The notes below the pieces were generated by a model. That model saw only the letters and a program-made list of their open reading frames with translations. It was not told the DNA's origin and did no database searches. A DNA stretch of 55,346 nt from Patescibacteria group bacterium UBA2100 (GTDB lineage Bacteria; Patescibacteriota; Minisyncoccia; Phycocordibacterales; UBA2100): the NCBI GenBank assembly GCA_002331185.1, contig DCYW01000019.1, positions 1-55,346 on the forward strand, given 5' to 3'. The position numbers were made by a program, and so were the translations under genes. Below, piece after piece: positions 48,147 to 55,346 of this stretch. Position 1 is the stretch's first letter. The number at the start of each line of letters is the position of its first letter.

Positions 48147-48535
48147 TTAAGCTGCACGATGTTTTATGAAGTAATCTTCTGGTGCATTAGTTATTGTTAC
48201 TTGTATTCCCAATGAGAGCGCATACAAATCGTCATTTTTAAAACTTGTATACGTGCTAGTCCAGTTCATCGATCGATTTATTTCATATAAGTTCGTTAAG
48301 TACTCGACGGTCGCCGTAAACTTATTGGGAGCACTCTGATATTAATATCTACATCTCCTTTCGTGAGCAAACCAGGAGCAGGTGTTCAACCTACGTGTTG
48401 GATGTCCACAAAATAAAGTTGGGTCGAGAGTTTTTTTTGGTTCTCAAACAATTGGCTGGCATGTTCTCTGAAGTTGTCACTTTTTCGTAACCCTACTATT
48501 TTCAATGTTTGCATTCTAATCTTCATCCTCACCAT
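48147..48535 (-). pseudogene. Decayed nucleotidyltransferase-fold gene (GrpB-like by motif memory) with an in-frame TGA and at least one frameshift
   Basis: Own reverse translation: M(VR)MKIRMQTLKIVGLRKSDNFREHASQLFENQKKLSTQLYFVDIQHVG*TPAPGLLTKGDVDINIRVL. After a frame change it continues ..PNKFTATVEYLTNLYEINRSMNWTSTYTSFKNDDLYALSLGIQVTITNAPEDYFIKHRAA*. The H.G(S)T..PGL..K..(I/V)DI pattern resembles GrpB-type proteins. Confidence 0.4.
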
Positions 48536-48580
48536 TGTTTTGTATAGTAGCGATCAATCATTACATTTTGCTAAACTGTT

Positions 48581-48625
48581 TCAACCATCTGTGACCAAGG
48601 TCGAACCTTGGTCACAGATGGTTGA
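48581..48625. repeat. Hairpin with 20-bp perfect stem and 5-nt loop
   Basis: tcaaccatctgtgaccaagg / ccttggtcacagatggttga, in the non-coding region after map. Confidence 0.9.
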
Positions 48626-48786
48626 CCCTTGATTAAAGACCTTGATTTGATGCCTTATCAACTATACCAATTAATTAGTATAGTTGGGACTGGATATGTA
48701 GGCAGATATGCAGATGGCTAGCTGTGTAAGGAGTGTGTAATAACTTGCAAAATGTGTGTACTAGTTATCGACACCAGTAGAAGGAA

Positions 48787-51762
48787 GTGCGATATACTAT
48801 GTGTATGCCACATATTGAAGGAGTGACACCAGATGTATCTACAACAGAACCTGTTGAGCGGTTTCGTACGCCAGAGGAAGAACTTGCGTACTTGCGCGAA
48901 CGTGTACGTATAAAAGAAACTGAACTCGAAGGCGAAAAGTCAGGTTTCGAGAAGGACAGAATTGCGAAAAGAGAAATTATCAAATATCACGATACTCCAG
49001 CTAAAGATGTTCTACACGACCGGTATCAAACCTCAGAAAGTCATATATTACGCGAAAAACTACGTCTCGAACCTGAAGAGCATGATGTACAGATTGACGA
49101 GCTTTTAAAAATGGTGGCAGATAAAGGTATTAAAAATACTCTTGCGGTGGTAAGTAAGATGGGTAGTGCACACCTTGAAGATGATTTACATCGAGCACTT
49201 ATCCAGTATGTTGCCGAAGGTTTCCCAACACAGGATGTCCGCAAAGGTTCTGAAGATTGGAAGGCATTACACATGGTGCTCTATGAGGTCTCACTTCCAG
49301 CACAAACTGCAAACGACAAGAATAATCAAAACCAAGATCTTGAAAAACTGCTTGCATCTATGGAGCAATTTTATGCCGGGATGTTGAGTGTGATGGGTAA
49401 AGGAAAGTTACAGAAAAAGGATATTTTTTCTGTTGAAATTGCGGTCCATCAAGGAAGCGAAGAGGCGATTTTTTATGTCGGTGTTCCACGCAAAAAGAGA
49501 GATTTGTTTGAACGGCATCTTATTTCTATCTTCCCCAATGCGCAAATCGAAGAAGTGCGCAGTGATTACAATATTTTTAGCTACGGCGGCGTTCATGCTG
49601 GAGCGTACGGCGTGCTCGAAAGAAGTCCTGTGTATCCAATAAAAGAATATAAAGATTTTGTGCATGACCCGTTAAATATTGTACTTTCCGCATTTAGCAA
49701 ACTTAAAAAACATGGAGAAGGGGCAGCTATTCAATTTATAATCGGAGATGATGGTGATTCATATAATCGGCAATATAAAAAAGTAGTTGATTATCTACGG
49801 GATGGGAAAAATGCGAAGAAGGCAATTAGGCACGGTACTTCGCCCTTTAGTGAGGCTATCGATGCTTTGGGAGAGAATTTGGTAGATATAGTAATGAACC
49901 GCTCAAAGAACACGCTCAACGATAAAGCTGTTGATCAGTTAACTCTAGAAACAGTTACCAAGAAGGTTAATAGCCGCATCGTTCCAGTGAACATTCGTAT
50001 ACTTGCTTCAGCACAAGAAGAGGGCCGAGCAGAGGACATTATTGAAAACATTGCATCAACATTCAACCAATTCGAGGAAGCTCAAGGGAACGCAATTAAG
50101 TTTATCCATGAACGTGGTGCAGCATTACGGAAATTTATGCACGCATTTACTTTCCGGACACTCAACTTTAAAAGGTTGCAGCCATTTTCGCTTACCGAAC
50201 TAACTTCTATGTATCACCTTACAGGTCAAGGAGTTTCAACATCACGTGAACTTAAACAAACGCGTGCGAAACATGTTTCAGCTCCTATCGAAGTATCTGC
50301 AGATGATGCCGACCAAGAGCAGGTACGAAATGAAACTCAGTCAGCAACACCTACTCCTGTCGAACAGGTGGAAACAAAGAGCACTCAAACATCAGAAGCG
50401 AGAACGCAAAAACGCCGAGGTGTAATTCTGGGTAAGAACACGTTTGGTGGCACTGACACGACGGTCAAGTTCTTAGCGGAAGACCGCATGCGTCACTTCT
50501 ACGAAATTGGACAAACGGGAACAGGTAAAACAAACCTGATGAAGAATATGATTATTCAAGATATTAAAAACGGGGAAGGTTGTTGTTACATTGACCCGCA
50601 TGGTTCAGATATTGTTGATATTTTGGCGGCTATTCCACCTGAAAGACACGACGATGTTATCTATTTTGACCCGAGCTATACACAACGCCCGATGGGGCTA
50701 AATATAATGGAATATAACCCAGAGTTTCCTGAGCAAAAAACGTTTGTAGTAAACGAAATCTTCAGTATTTTTGAGAAGTTGTTCTTAGCAAAGTCGCCTG
50801 AATCACTTGGTCCGATGTTTGAGCAATATTTCCGCAACGCAGCACTCTTAGTGCTGGAAGGAATGCCAGTAGGTACCGCAACAATGGCTGATATTCCACG
50901 TGTGCTCGCTAACGATGACTTTAGACACAAATGTCTTGCTAACTCACAAAATCCGCTCGTAAATCAATTTTGGGAAGAAATCGCCGAGAAAGCTGGTGGC
51001 GAAGCATCGCTTGAAAATATTGTGCCGTATATTACAGCGAAAACTGATATTTTCTTGAGTAACTCAACAATGCGACCAATTATTACACAGGAAAAATCAT
51101 CATTTAATTTCAGAGAGATAATGGATGGCCAAAAGATTCTGCTCGTGAATCTATCCAAGGGCCGGTTAGGAGACTTAAATGCCGAACTGCTTGGTTTGAT
51201 TATCGTGGGTAAGTTCTTGCAGGCTGCACTGTCACGTGTTGATGCTGTTGCCAGTGGCAGTACAGACATCAAAGATTTTTACCTCTATATTGATGAGTTC
51301 CAAAACTTTACGACTCCATCTATTGCAACGATTCTTTCTGAAGCACGTAAGTATCGGTTGTCGCTTAATATCGCACATCAGTTTATCGCGCAGCTTGATG
51401 AGAAAATTCGTGACGCGGTATTTGGTAATGTGGGAACTAAATGTGTGTTCCGTGTTGGTAACGAAGATGCTGAGTTCTTAGAGAAACAGTTCCAGCCAGA
51501 CTTTACTGCTGCTGATATTGTAGGCCTTGATAACTTTAATGCATACGTGGCACTCTTGGTTGATGGTAAACCAGTACGTCCATTCAATATGCACACATTA
51601 CCCCCTGAACCTGTTGATTTCGGTACAATTGATCATATCAAACAACTTTCATATCAGCGATATGGACGCGAATCGGCAGAAGTCGAAGCGGCTATTGAAA
51701 AAAAATACGCAAAGAAGGAAACTGAACCAAAGAACGGATTGAATCCGTCTGACTTCATTTAA
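48787..51762 (+). CDS. Orphan VirD4/TraD/TrwB-like (type IV secretion coupling-protein family) P-loop ATPase with an about 560-aa uncharacterised N-terminal region
   Basis: Walker A GQTGTGKT (50509-50532), Walker B-like FYLYIDEF (51277-51300), then ARKYRLSLNIAHQF. This is the TrwB/TraD nucleotide-binding pattern. No TM helix is visible. The start is ambiguous: GTG 48787, ATG 48799 or ATG 48805. Confidence 0.75.
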   Translation: MRYTMCMPHIEGVTPDVSTTEPVERFRTPEEELAYLRERVRIKETELEGEKSGFEKDRIAKREIIKYHDTPAKDVLHDRYQTSESHILREKLRLEPEEHDVQIDELLKMVADKGIKNTLAVVSKMGSAHLEDDLHRALIQYVAEGFPTQDVRKGSEDWKALHMVLYEVSLPAQTANDKNNQNQDLEKLLASMEQFYAGMLSVMGKGKLQKKDIFSVEIAVHQGSEEAIFYVGVPRKKRDLFERHLISIFPNAQIEEVRSDYNIFSYGGVHAGAYGVLERSPVYPIKEYKDFVHDPLNIVLSAFSKLKKHGEGAAIQFIIGDDGDSYNRQYKKVVDYLRDGKNAKKAIRHGTSPFSEAIDALGENLVDIVMNRSKNTLNDKAVDQLTLETVTKKVNSRIVPVNIRILASAQEEGRAEDIIENIASTFNQFEEAQGNAIKFIHERGAALRKFMHAFTFRTLNFKRLQPFSLTELTSMYHLTGQGVSTSRELKQTRAKHVSAPIEVSADDADQEQVRNETQSATPTPVEQVETKSTQTSEARTQKRRGVILGKNTFGGTDTTVKFLAEDRMRHFYEIGQTGTGKTNLMKNMIIQDIKNGEGCCYIDPHGSDIVDILAAIPPERHDDVIYFDPSYTQRPMGLNIMEYNPEFPEQKTFVVNEIFSIFEKLFLAKSPESLGPMFEQYFRNAALLVLEGMPVGTATMADIPRVLANDDFRHKCLANSQNPLVNQFWEEIAEKAGGEASLENIVPYITAKTDIFLSNSTMRPIITQEKSSFNFREIMDGQKILLVNLSKGRLGDLNAELLGLIIVGKFLQAALSRVDAVASGSTDIKDFYLYIDEFQNFTTPSIATILSEARKYRLSLNIAHQFIAQLDEKIRDAVFGNVGTKCVFRVGNEDAEFLEKQFQPDFTAADIVGLDNFNAYVALLVDGKPVRPFNMHTLPPEPVDFGTIDHIKQLSYQRYGRESAEVEAAIEKKYAKKETEPKNGLNPSDFI
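48793..48798 (+). promoter_or_regulatory. -10-like TATACT abutting the start region of the VirD4-like gene
   Basis: ATG 48805 lies 6 nt downstream, compatible with a leaderless start. Confidence 0.3.
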
Positions 51763-51842
51763 ATTGAGTGAAGGAAAACGCTACACAAGAGAGTTAAATA
51801 TGGTAGAGTTGCGCTATTATTTTGTAGATTTTTAGAATTACT

Positions 51843-52448
51843 ATGGCAAACAAAAAAGAGAGAACACTTGTTATTATAAAACCAGATGGCGTACAACGAA
51901 GCCTTATGGGTGAAATTCTTGGTCGTTACGAACGCCTTGGCCTCAAGTTGATTGCGGCAAAGTTTGTGTTGCCAACTCCTGAAAAAGCAACAGAACACTA
52001 CATGGTAGGTGGTGAAGAGTGGCTTGAAAATGTTGGGAAAAAAGCAGCAGCAGCGTATGAGAAAAAAGGATTAAAGTCACCGTATGCAACATCTCGAGAA
52101 AACGGCATGGCTATTCTTAAATCTAATGCATCGTACCTTGCATCAGGTCCAGTGTTGGCAATGGTATGGCAAGGAGCTCACTCTGTTGAAGTGGTACGCA
52201 AAATAACTGGTAGCACTGAACCTCGTACTTCTGACATTGGAACTATTCGTGGTGACTACATGCTCGACTCATACCAAATGGCAGATACTGATGAACGTTC
52301 AATACGAAACCTTATTCATGCCTCAGGTGAGGTTGATGAGGCAGAGAAGGAAATTCCAATCTGGTTTAATGATGATGAACTTATCGAATATCGAATTGCA
52401 CAAGAGCGAATACTGTACGATGCAGACTTTGGTGGTATCCTTGAGTAA
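51843..52448 (+). CDS. ndk: Nucleoside diphosphate kinase (long form with insertion)
   Basis: ERTLVIIKPDGVQR, GTIRGD, NLIHASG (active-site His). Confidence 0.85.
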   Translation: MANKKERTLVIIKPDGVQRSLMGEILGRYERLGLKLIAAKFVLPTPEKATEHYMVGGEEWLENVGKKAAAAYEKKGLKSPYATSRENGMAILKSNASYLASGPVLAMVWQGAHSVEVVRKITGSTEPRTSDIGTIRGDYMLDSYQMADTDERSIRNLIHASGEVDEAEKEIPIWFNDDELIEYRIAQERILYDADFGGILE

Positions 52449-52485
52449 GTAATCTAAAAAACATATGGTACTCACAAGAGGTGAC

Positions 52486-52656
52486 ATGGACAAAAAAATA
52501 ATTGAAGCAGCAAATTACCTTAAGAAGAAGGTGGTTGAAATGGAGAATTCGGAAAACACTGGTATAGGAGAGGGTAGACAGCGGGCTCATATAAAGCTTG
52601 AGGAATTAAAAGGCGTGTTTTCATATTTTGAGAAGGACTTGAAAAATCGAGAATAG
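52486..52656 (+). CDS. Hypothetical 56-aa protein
   Basis: AGAGGTG 4 nt before ATG 52486. Helical, charged, no motif. Confidence 0.3.
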   Translation: MDKKIIEAANYLKKKVVEMENSENTGIGEGRQRAHIKLEELKGVFSYFEKDLKNRE

Positions 52657-52682
52657 TTTCCAGGTTCCCTTTCCTCCATTCG

Positions 52683-52691
52683 TGCTATAAT
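52683..52691 (+). promoter_or_regulatory. Extended -10 (TGcTATAAT) in front of a structured untranslated segment
   Basis: Consensus TATAAT with an upstream TG. Confidence 0.35.
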
Positions 52692-52805
52692 GAGAAAAGC
52701 CGGAGGGCATTCCTGCTTAATTGCATTTACAGGGAGATTGAATTGTTCACTACCGTGGTAGCTGATACTGAAATCACCCACCTGGTATTCTCCAGGTATG
52801 CCCAC

Positions 52806-52848
52806 GGCACGTAAAAACTCGCTAGATTCTAGCGAGTTTTTACGTGCC
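52806..52848. repeat. Hairpin with 20-bp perfect stem and 3-nt loop
   Basis: ggcacgtaaaaactcgctag / ctagcgagtttttacgtgcc, 33 nt upstream of the beta-CASP RNase ATG. Confidence 0.9.
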
Positions 52849-52862
52849 GACACAAAGAGACA

Positions 52863-52871
52863 TGATAGAAT
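52863..52871 (+). promoter_or_regulatory. Extended -10 (TGaTAGAAT) 9 nt upstream of the beta-CASP RNase ATG
   Basis: Sequence match; no SD. Confidence 0.35.
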
Positions 52872-52880
52872 ACATGTTAC

Positions 52881-54251
52881 ATGCAGAAGAACCAATCGAA
52901 ACTTACCTTTGTCGGTGGCGCAGGGACTGTTACAGGCGCTAACTTCTTATTTGAAACAGGGAAGAAACGCGTACTTATAGATTGCGGTATGCTCCAGGGT
53001 TTTACACAAAGAATGAACGAGAATTACGAAGATTTCCCGTACAATCCTTCAACGATAGACGCAGTATTTGTAACCCACGCACATGCCGACCACATAGGGC
53101 GCATTCCTAAATTAGTACGAGATGGTTTTCGGGGAACCATTTACTCAACTTCAGCAACTCGAGATCTTGCGGAGGTTATGTTTGCTGATGCAGTTCGTAT
53201 TTTGCGAGATGAGGCAAAGAAACTAGGAGTTCCTCAAATGTATGAGGTGCAAGACATCGAACAAACATTAACGTTGTGGCAAACACGTAATTACCACGAA
53301 TCGTTCGATATGGGCGATGACGTTGCTGTTCGATTTCTAGATGCAGGACATATTTTAGGAGCCGCTATGGTCGAATTTACGCGACGTGGAAGAAAGTTTG
53401 TTGCATCAGGAGACTTAGGGAACTCTCCTGCACCACTATTACGAGATACCGAACCCGTTGTTGGCGCACACTACTTGTTAATGGAGAGTGTATACGGTGA
53501 TCGTGTGCATGAAAACAGAGAAGACCGAGTTAGTTTACTACGTGATGCGATTATGGATACTCATAAAAATACCGGTACGTTGCTTATACCGTCTTTTGCG
53601 ATGCAGCGCACACAACTACTGCTGTATGAGATAAACAAAATGGTTGAACAAGGTAGTGTGCCAGCAATACCAGTGTACTTAGATTCACCTCTTGCGAGCA
53701 AGGTGACCGATATATATAGGAAACATACCAATTTATTTAACGACAATGTACAAAAAGAAATTGCAGCAGGGGATGATATTTTTGAATTTCCGCGTTTCAC
53801 TATAGTGCGCGATGCGAAAGAATCTCATTCGCTGTTACGTGCACCATCACCAAAGGTCATTATCTCAGCTTCAGGCATGTCTGTTGGAGGGAGAATAATT
53901 ATGCACGAAAAAAGACTACTCACTGATAAGAACACGACAATTTTGTTTGTAGGGTATCAAGGAGTGGGTACGCTCGGGCGACGTATTCAAGATGGAGCAC
54001 AGAATGTGACCATCGAAAAAAAGAAAGTTCGCGTAAGAGCGCGACGTCAAACCATTCGTGGATTTTCAGCACATAAAGACCGAGAAGGACTCATAGATTT
54101 TGTAGAAAATTCATCTGAAACTCTTGAGGGGGTTTTTGTAGCAATGGGTGAGCCCAAATCGTCGTTATTTCTAGTACAGCGATTACGTGACTTTCTTTCA
54201 GTGCCTGCTAGTGCTCCCGAGCGGGGGGATATAGAGATATTAAACTTTTAA
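52881..54251 (+). CDS. Beta-CASP family metallo-beta-lactamase ribonuclease (CPSF/RNase J-like)
   Basis: VTHAHADHIG motif, beta-CASP-length insert, and a C-terminal ..GFSAHKD motif. Confidence 0.8.
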   Translation: MQKNQSKLTFVGGAGTVTGANFLFETGKKRVLIDCGMLQGFTQRMNENYEDFPYNPSTIDAVFVTHAHADHIGRIPKLVRDGFRGTIYSTSATRDLAEVMFADAVRILRDEAKKLGVPQMYEVQDIEQTLTLWQTRNYHESFDMGDDVAVRFLDAGHILGAAMVEFTRRGRKFVASGDLGNSPAPLLRDTEPVVGAHYLLMESVYGDRVHENREDRVSLLRDAIMDTHKNTGTLLIPSFAMQRTQLLLYEINKMVEQGSVPAIPVYLDSPLASKVTDIYRKHTNLFNDNVQKEIAAGDDIFEFPRFTIVRDAKESHSLLRAPSPKVIISASGMSVGGRIIMHEKRLLTDKNTTILFVGYQGVGTLGRRIQDGAQNVTIEKKKVRVRARRQTIRGFSAHKDREGLIDFVENSSETLEGVFVAMGEPKSSLFLVQRLRDFLSVPASAPERGDIEILNF

Positions 54252-54253
54252 TT

Positions 54254-55153
54254 ATGAAGCAACATCAGATACACATATTGCTAGGAATTCTTGGGCTCTG
54301 CGCACTAGCTCTTGTTGCGTCTTTATATGGATTTTATCGTGGGCAGCAGAAAAATAAAGTTGTATCAACTCAATTACAACAAGCGCAGGTGCAGATAGAG
54401 GATCTCGCACGTACTCTTGAAAATAAAAATGAAGAAATAGAAGTGCATAAAGAACTGCTACGCAGTGTTCGACAAGAGGTTACGAACTCGAATTACGATC
54501 TTTCCCAAATGCTGTCACTTATAGAGTCAGCAACACAAACAGTAGAAGATATAAAGAAACTTGAAGAAGCTGACACTGAGTTGCTTGCAAAATATTCAAA
54601 AGTTTTCTTTCTTAATGAATATTATGAACCTGCACAACTCGCGTATATACCGAGCGATTTAGTTTCCTCCGACAACAATCAGCAAATTTCATCCGAAGTC
54701 CTACCGTTTTTGCTTTCTATGACGACTGCTATGAAAAGTAGTGGATTACAGCCGCGTATTATTTCTGCATTCCGTTCATTTGGATATCAGGGCAATCTCA
54801 AGCAGAGCTACGCAGTTACTTACGGCACGATAGCAGCGAATCAATTTGTTGCTGACCAAGGTTATTCTGAGCATCAGCTTGGTACTACTATCGATATGGT
54901 GACTGCATCAATAGGTTCAGACATGCTTGCTTTTGATACTACACCTGAGTATATGTGGATGCTGCAAAATGCATACAAATATGGATTTATACTTTCGTAT
55001 CCTGAAAACAATGAGTACTATGAATTTGAACCATGGCATTGGCGTTTTGTGGGAAAAAAATTAGCGACAGATCTGTATAATAAAGGTACGACTTTTTATA
55101 ATACGCCACAAAGAGATATCGATACGTATCGGCTTACTATGTTCGAAGAATAA
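54254..55153 (+). CDS. Membrane-anchored D-alanyl-D-alanine carboxypeptidase (peptidase M15B/VanY family)
   Basis: N-terminal TM plus coiled coil, then SEHQLGTTIDM and EPWHWRFVG zinc-peptidase motifs. Confidence 0.8.
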   Translation: MKQHQIHILLGILGLCALALVASLYGFYRGQQKNKVVSTQLQQAQVQIEDLARTLENKNEEIEVHKELLRSVRQEVTNSNYDLSQMLSLIESATQTVEDIKKLEEADTELLAKYSKVFFLNEYYEPAQLAYIPSDLVSSDNNQQISSEVLPFLLSMTTAMKSSGLQPRIISAFRSFGYQGNLKQSYAVTYGTIAANQFVADQGYSEHQLGTTIDMVTASIGSDMLAFDTTPEYMWMLQNAYKYGFILSYPENNEYYEFEPWHWRFVGKKLATDLYNKGTTFYNTPQRDIDTYRLTMFEE

Positions 55154-55155
55154 GT

Positions 55156-55346
55156 ATGTTTAAGTTAATATATTCAATGTTCGATGAGTTCCATGAGATA
55201 GTGGGGTGGGTGGGTATGCTTTTGATACTACTTGCGTACGCAGCTATTAGTCTTGGGTTTATTACATCAGGCACTCTTGAATATCAGATGATGAACTTAG
55301 TTGGTGCCGCAGCGCTTTTGTATTCGGCAGCAAAAACAAAATCATA
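55156..55346 (+). CDS. Hypothetical membrane protein, 3' end off the window
   Basis: Own translation MFKLIYSMFDEFHEIVGWVGMLLILLAYAAISLGFI..NLVGAAALLYSAAKTKS; open to the window edge. Confidence 0.4.
   Translation, partial: MFKLIYSMFDEFHEIVGWVGMLLILLAYAAISLGFITSGTLEYQMMNLVGAAALLYSAAKTKS

Noticed and set aside
48061-48150. A 29-aa ORF right after map (MIKRVRVYLFLAELNLNMINFFTRLGLDS), considered as a remnant of infA or rpmJ.
   Set aside because: It shows no similarity to IF-1 (MAKED..) or L36 (MKVRASVK..C..C) patterns and has no SD.
48386-48388. The in-frame TGA inside the nucleotidyltransferase-like frame could indicate UGA recoding (genetic code 25, as in Gracilibacteria/SR1).
   Set aside because: Conserved genes here end at TGA at their expected lengths (tpiA at 15139-15141, rnhA at 19935-19937, the 116-aa gene at 28251-28253). 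No conserved gene contains an internal TGA, and the same frame also needs a frameshift. A pseudogene is the simpler reading.
52757-52810. A loose resemblance of GCTGATACTGAAATCACCCACCTGG..CCAGGTATGCC to the TPP riboswitch core (CUGAGA..ACCC..ACCUGAUCUGGAUAAUGCCAGCG).
   Set aside because: The invariant CUGAGA and the pairing partner GGGGUGC are not present, and the downstream gene is unrelated to thiamine. The resemblance looks coincidental, so I kept only the generic structured-RNA finding.
1-55346. I looked for CRISPR arrays, tRNA or rRNA genes, transposases or IS ends, and integrases.
   Set aside because: No regularly spaced direct repeats, no tRNA-like T-arm or acceptor patterns in any intergenic region, no rRNA-like stretch, and no transposase or integrase-like ORF were seen.

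Overview
The window is a gene-dense stretch of a small bacterial genome. Most of it is the str/S10/spc ribosomal-protein supercluster: rpsL-rpsG-fusA-tuf-rpsJ-rplCDWB-rpsS...rplO-secY-adk-map. To its left lie housekeeping genes (pheA fragment, rny, clpP, tig, ppa, nusA), a type IV pilus-like module (PilB, PilC, three minor-pilin-like genes), tpiA-pgk, recJ, RNase HI and a ComEC split into two genes. The absence of L30 between rpsE and rplO, the T4P + ComEC + nucleotide-kinase content and many orphan small proteins suggest a CPR/Patescibacteria-type organism; this is inference only. I found no rRNA, tRNA, CRISPR array or transposase. Main observations: (1) the 10-bp palindrome TGATGCATCA forms the core of four much longer palindromes, all next to pilus or ComEC genes, and one adjoins a TrpR/YerC-like regulator. 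(2) The ribosomal supercluster is broken five times by foreign cassettes or long non-coding gaps. One cassette is an antisense, orphan SAICAR-synthase-like gene; another is a 48-aa membrane peptide plus a MarR-like gene. (3) Canonical synteny ends right after map in an AT-rich 740-bp region that holds a decayed nucleotidyltransferase-like pseudogene. A 991-aa orphan VirD4/TraD-like ATPase with no TM anchor follows. (4) Several genes have a -10 box 6-9 nt before the ATG and no Shine-Dalgarno, suggesting leaderless mRNAs. (5) There are several long U-tract-less hairpins and one riboswitch-like untranslated region. All functional calls come from reading motifs by eye; no database search was run.
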